Source: Iphione sp. A-MEVVRFRX5
Taxonomy: Eukaryota
Direction: 5' to 3'
NCBI GenBank assembly: GCA_976226885.1
Contig: OZ320319.1
Location: forward strand, 19,282,001 to 19,346,000
Length of the DNA stretch: 64,000 nucleotides
The stretch's first letter is position 1; each line of letters starts with the position of its first letter. Under the pieces are notes generated by a model, which was not told the DNA's origin, searched no databases, and saw nothing but the letters and a program-made list of their open reading frames with translations. Shown piece by piece: positions 1 to 13,340 of this stretch. The position numbers and the translations under genes were made by a program.

Positions 1-648
1 CCCTAGCACACACAGAGGAAGGGAGTAAGGGGGAGCTACCATCATCACGACCTTGCCCATCCTAGCACATACAGAGGAAAGGAGTAAGGGTGAGCTACCC
101 TCGTCACCACCTTACCCACCATAGCATACACAGAGGAAAGGAGTAAGGGCGAGCTGCCATCCTCACCACCTTATCCACCCTAGCATGCACAGAGGAAGGG
201 AGTAAGGGCAAGTTACCATTGTCACCACCTTACCCACCCAAGCACAAACAGAGGAAGGGAGCAAGGGTGAGCTACCATCATCACTACCTTACCCACCCTA
301 GCACAAACAGAGGAAGGGAGTAAGGGCAAGTTACCATCATTACCACCTTACCCACCCTAGCATGCACAGAGGAAGGGAGTAAGGGCGAGCTACCATCATT
401 ACCACCTTACCCACCCTAGCACACACAGAGGAAGGGAGTAAGGGCCAGCTGCCATCCTCACCACCTTACCCACCCTAGCACACAGTGACAAAGGGAGTAA
501 GGGCGAGCTACCATCATCACCACCTTACCCACCCTAGCACACAGTGACAAAGGGAGTAAGGGTGAGCTACCATCGTCACCACCTTACCCACCCTAGTGAC
601 AAAGGGGGTAAGCTAGAGCTGCCACTGTCACTAGCTTACCCACTCTAG
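1..648. repeat. 59-bp minisatellite, ~11 copies (begins before the window)
   Basis: Unit CCCTAGCACACACAGAGGAAGGGAGTAAGGGCGAGCTACCATCATCACCACCTTACCCA recurs about every 59 nt, degenerating after ~590. Confidence 0.95.
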
Positions 649-2429
649 TAAAACGCACGTGCATACGGTGTATGCAAACCCACTATACATAAGAACTTGA
701 GTGCCACATAAGCTACACACTAAACTCCACTGGAAAAAAGTAAAAACATGTCGATACCAGTTTTCTCCACAGAACTCGCCCTACGGGCTCGTTCAGTGTA
801 TGCGTACATGTTGTTGTGGCAGATAAGCTACTACACATTCAAGTTCGGAGAATTAAGCCAATCTCGTGATAGAAATGATACACAGTGTGAAGCAGATTCT
901 ACAGAGGCACACACAAGGCATACAACTTTCACTGTGCCTTCTATACAAACCAGACCACAGTAGAGAGACAGAGAGCCACACTTCCTATGGCATTCCCTGG
1001 TATAAACAACGGCGACTCTTACAGTGGGCAAGACATATGCCCTATAAAGGTAACAATCAACAGTATTATAAATCAAATCATGCGTATATTTTTTTCCTTT
1101 TTGTACACGTCGTTGATGGTGATCTGTGGAGTGGACTATGATTCAGCTGATAAAATGATCAAATTACACAGTGGTCGAACCGAACGCTCACCGTACAAGT
1201 TTTCCTCGTATCACAATTTATTCTGAGGGAGCCATTGGGCTTGAAACCACAACTTTTAATATCCTTTGACCGAAAAACACCTCATATCCAAACAGAATCT
1301 GAACTTGCTTGGAAAATGGAGAGTTCACTATGCTAGCACTATGCGAACATGCCCATGCCACAGCTGAGGATGGTCTAAACATCACTGACAGTGTGGCCTC
1401 CCGGGTACTGACAAAGCAGAGCGTCTCTGGGGCTCAAGTCAATGCAAATGGATCCACCAGCACCCATTACTCTTGATATGACGGATGCTACCAATGTATC
1501 AATCACTTCTGCTAGTATCCGACCACTCTGCCGACACTGCTCAAGAATTATTTCAGATTTATTCATACATACGGACGTCCTTGCCTCGGCATCATGGGAT
1601 TCTTCATATTTATATGTACTCAATCGTTCAGTCACCTTCAAAGACATGTATGTAATTAAGACATGATACTGGTTTTTCTTTCTTTTTTTTTTAATAGTCA
1701 CTTAGTGCGAGATGTGCTTGCACAGAAGAGACCCTCTATCCCTGTCTCGCACAAACTGCCAAACAATAAACATGAACGTAAACTGGACAAGGCAGACCGA
1801 GGTTCTCACACTTATATACATGCAATGCCACCGTGGGTGAATTACAAACGATCACCATTTTTCAGAGAGCCCAGAAGAGTGACGCATCCTAGCCCCATCC
1901 CCAGATGAAAAGGATGCCTCAATATGTATGAACAGGACCGAGTGATCAGATCCTCAGTACAGCTAAGGAAAGTGAAATTACAACATCGAGTTATTTCGGA
2001 AAATACTAAAATATATATCTGAAACAAAAGTTGCGTCAAAACGCAATGATATAACGACGGTATCATATACTGTAGCGACGGCTTATATATGAGTTTCTTG
2101 TTCAAGGTCAATCGGATATGAAAAGACAACTCTCTCTGCGGACATAAAGCCTCCACAACAGAACGAAAAGCCTATGTTCCATGTTTGATGTCTACTACAG
2201 ACACCCCCTACTACGCACGCAATCGCCACAGTTCCTGCCGTGTCCACAGTACGGAGGTTCTACTGCATTAAACATCCGTATATACACAGTATATATCGCA
2301 GCTTGGATGCTGCCGGGTTTTTGGACTGCTGGATGACCACGGTCTTATTCAAGCGACGAGTACAGTCTAAACAAAAGGTCTTGGTGTTGACACTGCGCCA
2401 TTGACGAGCACCACTGCTGGTTAGTGGCA

Positions 2430-3049
2430 TCACGTTGAGGGTAATAACAGGTCGTCTCCCGTGAGTGAGCTATTCATGTCGGTGGACATGGTGTTACCAA
2501 ACGTCGCACGCGAGGTCAAAAACACTGAGGCTGAGACAGGACCATCATTCTGATCCAGACCCGGCTCCACAGGATCTCTTGTGTCACTGGGCATTGAGGG
2601 ATCAGGATGTAAACTCTCAGGAATACGTGCAGGGTCCAACCTGGTAGTTCCTCCCCTTTGGGCACTGGGCATTGAGGCATTATTATCAATGCCCTCAACA
2701 ATATGCCCAGCGAGATCTATCCTCTCGACCCCTCTTGTGGCCTCATCTACACTAGCATCAGTAGGTTGTGGAAGAGGCATTGAGCCTGATGGGCCTATAC
2801 TGCTTATGGGTGGTCTGTCGTGGATGGACACAGAGTTAACGCTGAACTGAGACGTGCCAGGTTGAACAACCGACTGTCCACCCTGTTTAGCATATACGTT
2901 GCTCGATGATGGCGGTGCATGAGATGGTGGTTGATCTGGTCTACTTGGCTGCTGCACTGAAGGCGGATGTGGTCCATCAGCATGGCGCTGCCAAGAATTG
3001 GGTGCTGATGGCTGGACATTGTTTGGCCTTGCAGCATGGTTTCTATTTG
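2430..3049 (-). CDS. Terminal exon (Pro/Ser-rich, low complexity) of tandem death-domain protein
   Basis: Acceptor tttcatttgacag|CAAAT is phase 1, matching the donor at 4180. Open to TGA at 2432-2430. Confidence 0.7.
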
Positions 3050-4179
3050 CTGTCAAATGAAAAAGGGCAGAGCTCAAATGAGCGCCAACAAAACTCAGCA
3101 CACAAAGGTTCTCTTCTCGCTACAGCATGTTAAACAAAACAGAGCCTTATTACAAAATACAGTTCTCTCTTATGTAAATATTTCTCTTACTCTAGAATTT
3201 AAAAATACGGATATACCTCTCTTAATGACGCTTCTGATAAATGAAGTTTCTTTATATATTGAAAATGGCTCTTTCCAGAGACTGAGGCCACTTTCTCTCA
3301 ACCTAATTCTTTAAAAAGTTAACTTTAAGGGAACACATGTAGTGAAAATTACGCAACTTTCCACATAAAATACTCGGCGTTCAATCCTGTCTATTTACCT
3401 TGGCAACTTAATAATAAAAAATATTTAAAACTTCCACTGATCTTAAGTCAAATATCCGAGCTTAACAGTGTTGTATGGCATGACTTTAAGAGTCAACATG
3501 GTCGTTAAAGGGTTAACAGCAGCTATCCACGTCCCGTCTCCAGTATCTAGCGTCTTTTCTACCACTGATAGCTAGTGCCCACCCTCCCTCTCCTGCCACC
3601 TGTCAATCTTGATGATAACTTCCAAAAACAAAACAAAACAAAAAACAAAAAAAAACAGACATGGCCCTATGGCACTGGTTAATTTTGATATAGATTTCTA
3701 CCGCTTAAATTACTTAAATTACTATCAAAATAGTCAAAAGACTGTGACAGAAGGTAGCGACACCAGCCAGCAGCATTCCTAAAGTCCCTACCTCTCTATG
3801 AGGTGGGGGAAAACAAGAAAAAAACCCTCTATAATCAATTCACGGATTGGTTTTTGAGACAACAGCTGCCCTGGAAAATCAGACCACGCTTTCAAAAAGG
3901 GCGATAATCAAGACAATGGACAAAGAAACCTGTCTAGCATCAAAGCCAATATATCTTCATATCTCTGGAAACAAAGAAGCTATGATAGCAATAATTCACT
4001 AAGTTTGGTATTTTTGCGTCACAGTTCCTCCGTTATGAGAAGCCAAAAACAACTGTCTAAAGCCTAGAGAACTTGCTGCTTGTCTATGCTGGAAACATGT
4101 ATATGTGACATCTTGCTACGGGTGAAGCTATAGCCCCTAATGCGATCTGTGACTTGCTCGAGATAATTGAAAAACCTAC

Positions 4180-4467
4180 CTTCCTGGATGTAGCGAGTCA
4201 CATCTAGTCGTTTGATCTTTTCTAGCGCATTCAAAAGGTCCAGCTGGAGAGTCTGACGGTTTTTGTGGTGGTTCATCCACTTCATCAGCAGTTCCCAACA
4301 GCAGACGTCACCACTCTTGACGATACTGCTCGACTGGAATGAATCCAATTCATAAGAGTCGAAGCCCAGGTAGATGGCGATTCTTTGCCAGTCCCGGGGT
4401 ATACGCTCGGCAATCAGTTGGAAGTACTGATTTGTTGCGGCTGGTGTTAGGTTGTTCAGGTCGTTCA
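4180..4467 (-). CDS. Death-domain exon 2 of tandem death-domain protein
   Basis: 288-nt phase 1-1 exon (tttcag|TGAAC ... GAAG|gtaggt). Translation IAERIPRDWQRIAIYLGF...WELLMKW...LLNALEKIKRLDV fits the death-fold pattern. Confidence 0.85.
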
Positions 4468-4736
4468 CTGAAACAAAATATCAATAAATTGAACAGAAAC
4501 AGACAATAAGATATTGATGAAATGATTTCTGACTACCTAACAGCCTTTGGGCTGCACACTTTATTACATTTCTTCTCTTTTCTTACAACTGAATGATCTA
4601 CATACACATACTGAAATTTCTGAGAGACAGTGTGTTTCAGTATAATGAAGTCTGCTGTAAACATGGTACAGCGCTCTTTTTAAAGACTTAGGCGGATTTC
4701 TAAGGATTTTTAAGGATACATTCTCTCTGTTCATAC

Positions 4737-5050
4737 CTTGCTGCTGCCTTGCGAACTCATTCGTGAGACGTATTAGATCAAAACGACCGGCCTTCTCAAA
4801 GGCAAACTGAAGATTTCGCCATCTGTCAGCTTCGGTTCGTTTGTGCCAGGTGACTAGTAGCTGGAGTGCCCATTTGTCCACACGGTTCTCTGTGTTTCCG
4901 CGGATCAACTCAAGTTCGCTCATCGGCACACCAAGTTGGATACCGAGCCTCTGCCAGTCAGAAGCCAGCAGCCTGCTGATTTCATCCACGACATGAAGGG
5001 GGTATGGTGACCCTATGGAAGAAACACTCGTAAAATTAATATTGTCATCT
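4737..5050 (-). CDS. Death-domain exon 1 of tandem death-domain protein
   Basis: Acceptor ctccccgtag|, donor CAAG|gtatga (phase 1, joins 4467). ISRLLASDWQRLGIQLGV...ALQLLVTW...LQFAFEKAGRFDL is a typical death domain. Confidence 0.85.
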
Positions 5051-5685
5051 CTACGGGGAGAAAAGAAAATAGCCGAAATATAAAAATATGGTTGACGATG
5101 TTTCAAGTTTTGCAAACATGCTGGAATTTTAAGTAGACAAGCAAAAGAGGCATGTTTTTTTTTGTGAACTCTGAGGAAACATTGTCTGTATCCAGATGAT
5201 ACTTCAAAACCAACAGCTATTCGTCTACAAGGAGACATAATGATATCCTAAATATCTTTTATGACAAATATCGCTTAGGGTAACTTTCACTGTGCAAATT
5301 GTTCAATAATGAGAGAGTTGCACTGATAGAACTTTCCGAAAAGCATTCTCCTTGCATTAGGGTATGATATTTGGCCAGTGATAATATCCAGTCTCCTTAA
5401 AAAACTTACTGTGGTGGCACATAAATTTTCAAACAACTGGTCTTACACAACAACTACATGTTAATGCGCGGAACTGGGAAGGAAAAATATGTATCCCTGG
5501 AGTGTACTTGTACCTTACACATGTGAGTTAACAAAAGGAAAGACAAAAAGAAAAGAAAAAAGACAAAAACAAAAGAAAAGACGAAAAGAAACAAGATAGA
5601 TATGTACTTGTACAAGGCAAAATAATGCATTATTAAACTGTAAACAAAAAACTTATTAAAGAGAACATATGCCTTCATTAATAGA

Positions 5686-7268
5686 AGTATCCCTGTATAC
5701 CAAAGTCAGGACGACCTGTTCCATAAAAAACTAAGTTTCTAAGACATTTGGAAAGAACAAACTCGTCATATTTATTTCATCTTGCTGATCTAATTATAGT
5801 TAAGCTAAAGTCATTCAGAGGTCCGGACAGAAAAAAAAGTAGGACAATCTACAGGGCTGTTCCCATGTGTCCATGGTCCTGGATCCATGGTCGGGGAGGG
5901 GAGGGGGTCCATGGAGCGAAAATGGTAAAATGCTCACTCTTTTCCAGACTCCAGACCCACATGGATGAGCAAGATAGAGAAATGAGAATTTAAAGAATAA
6001 GGAACACTGTCTAGCATATGGTATATATTTTCATGTTAAATTATTTATCTAATGTGCATTTCATTTTCAAAAAAACCCACAGTTTCCACTGATATGCTTC
6101 AATCACCACAAAAAAAAACACACAAATTCACCCAATATGCTTTGACCTCCATGAAAAACCATACAAATTCCACTAATGTACTGCAATCTCCATTATTACC
6201 ACAAATTCCACTTATGTACTGCAATCTCCATTATTACCCCAAATTCCACAAATATGCTTCCCTTTCCACACACACCCATCCTCTCCCTGGCAGCTACCTG
6301 ACCGTTCCTGACCAATACACATAGAAACTGGGCGTCCATGGTCATCCAGAAAATCTGCCAGTTTTTCAGATGACCATCCAGGATCATGGACACATGGGAA
6401 CAGCCCTGTAGATTGTCCTACTTTTTTTTCTGTCCGGACCTCTGAATGACTTTAGCTTAACTATAATTAGATCAGCAAGATGAAATAAATATGACGAGTT
6501 TGTTCTTTCCAAATGTCTTAGAAACTTAGTTTTTTATGGAACAGGTCGTCCTGACTTTGGTATACAGGGATACTGAAGTATCCCTGTATACCAAAGTCAG
6601 GACGACCTGTTCCATAAAAAACTAAGTTTCTAAGACATTTGGAAAGAACAAACTCGTCATATTTATTTCATCTTGCTGATCTAATTATAGTTAAGCTAAA
6701 GTCATTCAGAGGTCCGGACAGAAAAAAAAGTAGGACAATCTACAGGGCTGTTCCCATGTGTCCATGGTCCTGGATCCATGGTCGGGGAGGGGAGGGGGTC
6801 CATGGAGCGAAAATGGTAAAATGCTCACTCTTTTCCAGACTCCAGACCCACATGGATGAGCAAGATAGAGAAATGAGAATTTAAAGAATAAGGAACACTG
6901 TCTAGCATATGGTATATATTTTCATGTTAAATTATTTATCTAATGTGCATTTCATTTTCAAAAAAACCCACAGTTTCCACTGATATGCTTCAATCACCAC
7001 AAAAAAAAACACACAAATTCACCCAATATGCTTTGACCTCCATGAAAAACCATACAAATTCCACTAATGTACTGCAATCTCCATTATTACCACAAATTCC
7101 ACTTATGTACTGCAATCTCCATTATTACCCCAAATTCCACAAATATGCTTCCCTTTCCACACACACCCATCCTCTCCCTGGCAGCTACCTGACCGTTCCT
7201 GACCAATACACATAGAAACTGGGCGTCCATGGTCATCCAGAAAATCTGCCAGTTTTTCAGATGACCAT
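5686..7268. repeat. Local inverted triplication/duplication: A-I-A(inverted)-A-I
   Basis: 5684-6375 is repeated near-identically at 6575-7268 (period 891; identical ORF translations). 6376-6574 is the reverse complement of the ~200-bp A block, giving a palindrome centred on 6575-6576. Confidence 0.9.
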
Positions 7269-7422
7269 GGACTACAAAGAAAAAACCTTGACACATGGAA
7301 ACCTGGCTTAACAGGGACACATCTCAAGTAGGGACACCCTAGGAAAGATCCATGGGTCTCCCTTATTACTATCAGAGCCTCTCCACTGTATACTGAATGT
7401 GTAGAAAAAAATCAAAACTCAC

Positions 7423-7449
7423 CTGGGAAATTATCACTATTCATTTCTG
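7423..7449 (-). CDS. Candidate start-codon mini-exon (MNSDNFP) of the death-domain gene
   Basis: ttttttcag|CAGAAATG...CCAG|gtgagt with strong splice sites. Its phase 1 donor does not directly match the phase 2 acceptor at 5050, so an intervening exon would be needed. Confidence 0.35.
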
Positions 7450-9139
7450 CTGAAAAAAGAATCAAAGAGGAATTGTCAATCATACTTTCTTAAAACATAT
7501 ATCGTATGTGCTTAAAAGACACGTGTCAAGAGAGATCAGATAGAGAAAGGAATGGACTATCGTATAGCCTAGATCAAGTGAAAAGTATTCTGGAGCTTAT
7601 AACACAAAGATAGACGAAATTCTAGATTACTGGTCCCGACAGGCAGAGATAATAAATTTAATCCATAGTTAACATCGAGTGACGGGGGGTTGGCCACCCT
7701 AGGGGTGGAGTACCGGTACTGTAGTAATCTAGACTGCACTGCACTGGGACCGGTATACTAGAATTGAGACAATGTAATGTCAGCAGAAAAAAAAAAAACT
7801 GCAAATAGTGACAATCGTACACAGACAACGCGAAGTCGTTATGGAACCAGTAGTTAAGGAAATCAAACCTTGAGCTTCGCGTATCGGTCGTAGTTGATAA
7901 CAGTTAACACACATGTTTGTAACGTCTTCTCAAAATGATTTCGAACTTCTTTGGTCGACTGGACAGAGATATCCTCATACACCTCCCTTTACGCTATACT
8001 GGTCCAAAGGATATTACAGTATTCACCGGCCTCAACCGCCAAATGACAACGTGCCGACGTAGCGTAGTACGCTTATATGGGTAGAACCCTTAATCAACTG
8101 CGCGAAAAATCCCAGATGTGGGAAAACCCAGCATGCTTTAGTCTGCATGTGGTTTTACCTGCGGTTTTACACCGAGCACACTCTGCATTCATCCTAACAC
8201 CGGAATTCAGTTTAATCACACCCAAGCTAATGATACTGGTTGTCCCAGGTTTAATCGACCTGAACAGGCAATGAATAAAAGTAAATACATTTGCATATAC
8301 ATCATGTACATGTATTTCTTGACAAAACAAAAACAAACGGACAACAACGAAGTTTTAGTTTGCGATTGCCAGTCACCTCTGTGCCCGAAGGGCTGATGCG
8401 TGTTATTTCATGCTTTTGATGAAATGAAAATGTTTAAGTTTACCTTAGTAGTATAGTATTCCATAACTCATCCGACAATAATCAGGAAAAATGGAATAAA
8501 TGGTCTTAAACTTTATCAGGAAGTGCAACTAATCTGCACTGCCGGAAGAAGTGCTTCGACTGGTACCTTGTTGTTCGTCTCGGGACCCCCGTTTTTGGGC
8601 AGGTTAGTACGAAGCTCTTTGAGTGCTGTGAGGCATATCCCCAAGTGTTTTAATTGTATATTTTGATTCAGTTATTCTAATAATTTTTATTCGTCTACAA
8701 TACAAGGACCATATGTAACAGACAAGGCACCAGTGCATGTAATGCCGTTTCCGGTAGCAAGAAACAAGTGCCCCGGTCGGTTTTAACTTTGACGTACTTC
8801 TTTAACCTCATCTGTTTCAGCTACAACCACGCAAAATTAGATTTTGAATATTGAAGCAATTCCCAGGGGGAAGAAATGGAAATTCCATAGTGAACATGCA
8901 GGGAGAGAGTGGGCTCGTGAAATGGCGAAATCGACCGTCACCGACTGTCTGCCAAGGAGCGGCAGTCAGTGTGAGCGGCGAAATGGTGGGGACAAGTCAT
9001 AATGTCACTCTGACACCTCTTCTCTTGATCTGGGTACAAACCTGTTGTAGACATGTGAATATCAGTGAAACATACAAAAGCACAGATAGGAAAGCGACCC
9101 TTCAAGAAAGGATAATATAGTTGTTTGTAGAATTTAAGT

Positions 9140-9995
9140 TTAGAAATGTGTTCTCTCTACTTAGTCAATGGAGGTCATATCTGCTGCAGTCTAAGTGCAA
9201 GGTCAGCAGATAGGATGACCTCCATTATATGCAGGCAGTCAAACCAGAAAAGGGGGGAGGAGCATATTCTTTGATGTTAGAGCCAAATTGGAGGCTGAGC
9301 CTCCAGTACCACTTTATCTGAAGCCCTATGGGATTCCCTATGTCGGAAGTAGATCTCTGTTTTCTCTGAAGTTGAGTCCAGGATGGAGGAGGCTAGAGTG
9401 GGAGGGAATCAGATGAGAGTGATTGACAGGTCCTCAGGTCCTGCTGTGAAGCCAAAAGGACTGACCGAGGGGAGGGGGCTGGAGCAGAGGGGCCCTGGTG
9501 GGAACACTCAAGCACGCTGCAGTGGCGCGACTGACTGAGGAGAGGATGCTAGACCGCGAGGGAACTGGGTGGGAACTCTCAAGCACACTGCAGCAGAGCT
9601 ACTGATCGAGGGGAGGGGGCTATAGCAGAGGGAACTGGGTGGGAGGGGGCTGGAGTTGTCCTGGGCACTGCTCCGGTGTCCCGTCACACAACGACTGCGA
9701 ATAGGCCAGGGGGGAGGGGGTTGGAGCCACCAGGACCCTGCCGGGGTGTATCNNNNNNNNNNNNNNNNNNNNNNNNNNNNNNNNNNNNNNNNNNNNNNNN
9801 NNNNNNNNNNNNNNNNNNNNNNNNNNNNNNNNNNNNNNNNNNNNNNNNNNNNNNNNNNNNNNNNNNNNNNNNNNNNNNNNNNNNNNNNNNNNNNNNNNNN
9901 NNNNNNNNNNNNNNNNNNNNNNNNNNNNNNNNNNNNNNNNNNNNNNNNNNNNGTAGAGGAAGAATATGACCTCCATTTGCAGCCCTGGCTGCACC
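9140..9995 (+). mobile_element. Non-autonomous Helentron (HINE/DINE-1-like), spans an N-gap
   Basis: 5' subTIR AATGGAGGTCAT (9167-9178) pairs with its inverted copy ending at 9226. 3' subTIR ATGACCTCCATT (9966-9977) is directly followed by stem-loop TGCAGCCCTGGCTGCA (9978-9993). This is the subTIR+IR ... subTIR+hairpin layout of HINEs. Confidence 0.7.
9753..9952. other. Assembly gap (N run)
   Basis: Run of n. Confidence 1.
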
Positions 9996-10827
9996 TGTTA
10001 CTTGTTCTGGCAATTTAGAAGAGATTCTATCAAAGATTACAACAAAACCTGCTTGCACATAGTGCTAATTAAGTAGGGTGACATTCAAACTTCAAAGAAG
10101 AGGTGGCATTTTGTCCAGGGTGACATTTTGCCTAAGAACCGAAATGGTACATACACAAAAGGTTCTTTAGTACAGTGCGATTGGTAGTCGATATGATTCA
10201 GTGCGGCCGTATCGGTGGCGATATGGTGTTTATTTATGGTGTAAATCATTCAGCAGTGACTAATATGTTCAAGGTAAGGGTTATAACTAATGATTTATGA
10301 ATTTCTTTAATTTTCAGCTGGTACGCCGCTCACAGTTACCGCCACTCACAACAACTGTCAATGACCGCCGCTCACCGTCACTGCCGCTCACAGTGACTGG
10401 TATTCCTGCAAAGAGCCTGGCCCGACCTTTGACCTCCGATGATCAAACTACACAACTACAGGTTTGAGAAATAAAAATGGTGAAGAGACTTTTAAGTCAG
10501 AATAGGGTTCTGATTAGAAGGAATACTTTAGACATGATCAGGGTACCGTTCTTTCAAAGTATCTATCCTCAGGCCAGAACTTGTTCCACCCATCCACTCA
10601 ACAACCAGACTAAGACAAGACAAGAGGAATAAAGGGTGCCGTTTTCTCTGTAAAGTCAGGAAAACCCTGTTTCCCCCAAACGCATTTATTCTAAATGCTT
10701 GGTTATCTTTTCACAGAACCTAGGCTAGCACTTGTTTATTATTGTAAAATTCAACTGAAAGTGAATCGTATCAAAACTTCAGAAGGCAGACGGATAAGGT
10801 GTGGGACCGTCTGTCCCGAAGCTGAAA

Positions 10828-11019
10828 ATGAAGACATGCATGGTTTTGGGTGGCACTAGAGGAATTGGTGCTGCTATGGCCAAAATGCTTCACCGAGATG
10901 GCCTCAGGGTTGCCGTTGCCTCCAAGAATCCAGCCCACGTTACAGAGTTTGTGCAAACGGCTAATGAGGACGGAGGAGATGTCTTGGGCCTCCCCTGTGA
11001 TGTCACCAATGAGTCGCAG
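10828..11019 (+). CDS. CBR4: Carbonyl reductase 4 / 3-oxoacyl-ACP reductase (SDR), coding exon 1
   Basis: MKTCMVLGGTRGIG (Rossmann GxxxGxG motif) ... PCDVTNESQ|gttatt phase 0 donor. Closely resembles the CBR4 N-terminus. Confidence 0.9.
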
Positions 11020-12079
11020 GTTATTATTTTCTTTGGATAAGTATGTTTCTTTCTCGCAGAGACCATCTGTTTATCAGTTCCCACAATATCAAAGGATCAC
11101 TTTATCAAAAGACACTTTATTGAAAATCTATACCAAAAGTGTGTGTGTGGTCAGAGTAGTTTTACATTTCTTAGGCCTAGTTTCCATGTGTTCGGGTTTC
11201 TTTTCCATATACGGTACGGAAGAATCTTGAGAATTTGGCCAAATTTACAGACATTTCCAGACAATGATGAATGGGATATCCACGTGTACAAACTTCCCAG
11301 CCTCTCCCTAGCTTCTCCCTGGCTTCCCTGCTAATGCATGGTATAAACCCACTGAATCTACAGTATAAACCTGCTGTTGAGTGTGTGTGCAGGTGTTTGT
11401 TATTTGTGATGATCTCAAGGAATTCTGCCCAAATCAGTTGAAACCGTGTGTTTGTTGTACTGATCACAAGGAATTCTGAGCAAATAATTTTTTATGCAAA
11501 TTACGTTCAAACGAGAGCATATTTCATTTCACATCTAATATACTGTATGTTCAACAGTCTTCCTGTAACCTTGGCCTGAGAACAATTGTCGCTTTCAACC
11601 TACTAATGTGTCTAGAGTCCAGAGAAATTTACGGACCACCACATACACAAGGAAAACCACCAGTTAATTTACTTCAGATTGTTTCCAAATCCACATACCT
11701 GGGGTCCAGAGGAAACATGCAGACCCATGGAAACTGGGCCTTAGAAACAAAACATTGAGGTGACCAGGTCACATCATTACATAGGTCACATTCAAACGTG
11801 TTCTGTTGCTATGGTAACCAAATGAATAAAAGAAAACAACCTTAATGAACAAATGCATGGCCTTTCATATGATATAATACATTACATATTGTGTACATGT
11901 ACATGTATATGTAATATACCCAAAACTACAGGTAAATTAGTTATGTTTTACCTACATTTATCTGCTCAAATTTCACTCTTTGTAGTGGTTAAGAATGAGT
12001 TTGATAAATTGTCTTTCTATATCATATTGATAAAAAGTCCCTTCTTTCAAGTGACCATTCGATATAGTGGCATGTGACC

Positions 12080-12893
12080 AAAAGTTGTACACACCTTTCT
12101 CATAGCCAGGCAGCCAAGTTTGTTACCAGAGATTCAANNNNNNNNNNNNNNNNNNNNNNNNNNNNNNNNNNNNNNNNNNNNNNNNNNNNNNNNNNNNNNN
12201 NNNNNNNNNNNNNNNNNNNNNNNNNNNNNNNNNNNNNNNNNNNNNNNNNNNNNNNNNNNNNNNNNNNNNNNNNNNNNNNNNNNNNNNNNNNNNNNNNNNN
12301 NNNNNNACTGACTTGGTCGGAAAGCCCCCCTTTAGCATAGGCAGCGTTGTAGCTGGTGGGTGGGAAAGAACAGTCTCCCACAAAGGGTCGTAACTCCATT
12401 ATGGAAATTTATTGCACACCATTCCAGAATAGTCTCAATCTTCCCCGGGTTAAGAGCCACCCCTGCTTGATACCAGGTGGCCCAAGTATGCCACCTCCAA
12501 TTGGAACAGTCAGCACTTGGAGGGTTTTATCTTCAACCCGCCCTGCTCCAGTCATCCCAAGACAGCAAATGTTATGTCCCGTCTGAGCATAAAGAGATGC
12601 GCCAGGTAAACAAGGGAGTCCATTCGAACCATCCCCCACCCGGACCACCTCCGCAATTGTTTCGAAGTGGATTGCTTATTGCAAGCGGCTTTTCCTTAAA
12701 CTGGAACACCCCGCGGGGGTGCATACAGCTGTCTTCTCCCTATTCTCCATCTGCAACCTAACCTGCTACTACCTGAGGCCATGTCCAGTGGGGAGAAGTA
12801 GCATGCTCCCTGCAACAAGTCCAAGGTGTCTTCTGTCCTGGGGAGTGGGTAGGCATCCTTCTTGATCCTATAAATATGACACCAGTAATCCAT
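12080..12893 (-). mobile_element. Degenerate Ty3/Gypsy pol (RT, probably RNase H) fragment in the CBR4 intron
   Basis: KKDAYPLPRTEDTLDLLQGACYFSPLDMASG and GLKIKPSKC*LFQLEVAYLGHLVS are Gypsy RT motifs. They carry stops and frameshifts. Confidence 0.85.
12138..12306. other. Assembly gap (N run)
   Basis: Run of n. Confidence 1.
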
Positions 12894-13136
12894 GCAAAAC
12901 CATCAGCCATCAGCACAGCCGCCTGCAGGTTCGAATGCCTCCCCCCACACACACACACATACACACGGTTGACCTCTTGACTCTCATGAACCCTCTCGTT
13001 AATGATTAGTTCCATCCACCTTACTGTGCCACTGCAGGCAGATTACTATTTTCTTATCAGGCCAAGACTCCTTAGACGTATCCTTTCTTTGCTGGTAGCT
13101 CTGTTTATTCCACACTCATGCTGTAAAAGACATAGT

Positions 13137-13265
13137 TGTCATCATCATCGTTGTCATCACTGTTGTTCTTCTCATTGTCATCATTATCCATCATCATAAT
13201 CGTCGTCGTTTTCATCGTCATCGTTGTCATTGTCATCATCATCATTCATCATCAATAATCATCAT
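13137..13265. repeat. Imperfect (CAT/CGT)n microsatellite, intronic
   Basis: Long catcatcatcgttgtcat tract. Confidence 0.85.
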
Positions 13266-13340
13266 TACCTGCATGAACTACACCAGCTACATAGACAAAC
13301 ATTGTGCAGTTATATTCTGAGTTGTGTGTGCTTTCTGCAG

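Noticed and set aside
1442-1666. WD40-like string HTDVLASASWDSS in a short + ORF
   Set aside because: Single motif with wrong spacing, no further repeats or convincing splice context; likely chance.
5686-6574. MITE with 200-bp TIRs and TA TSD
   Set aside because: The adjacent second copy lacks a right TIR, and junction microhomology fits template switching better.
9620-12399. ORFs of 60-124 aa in the track that cross N runs
   Set aside because: They are open only because of assembly gaps.
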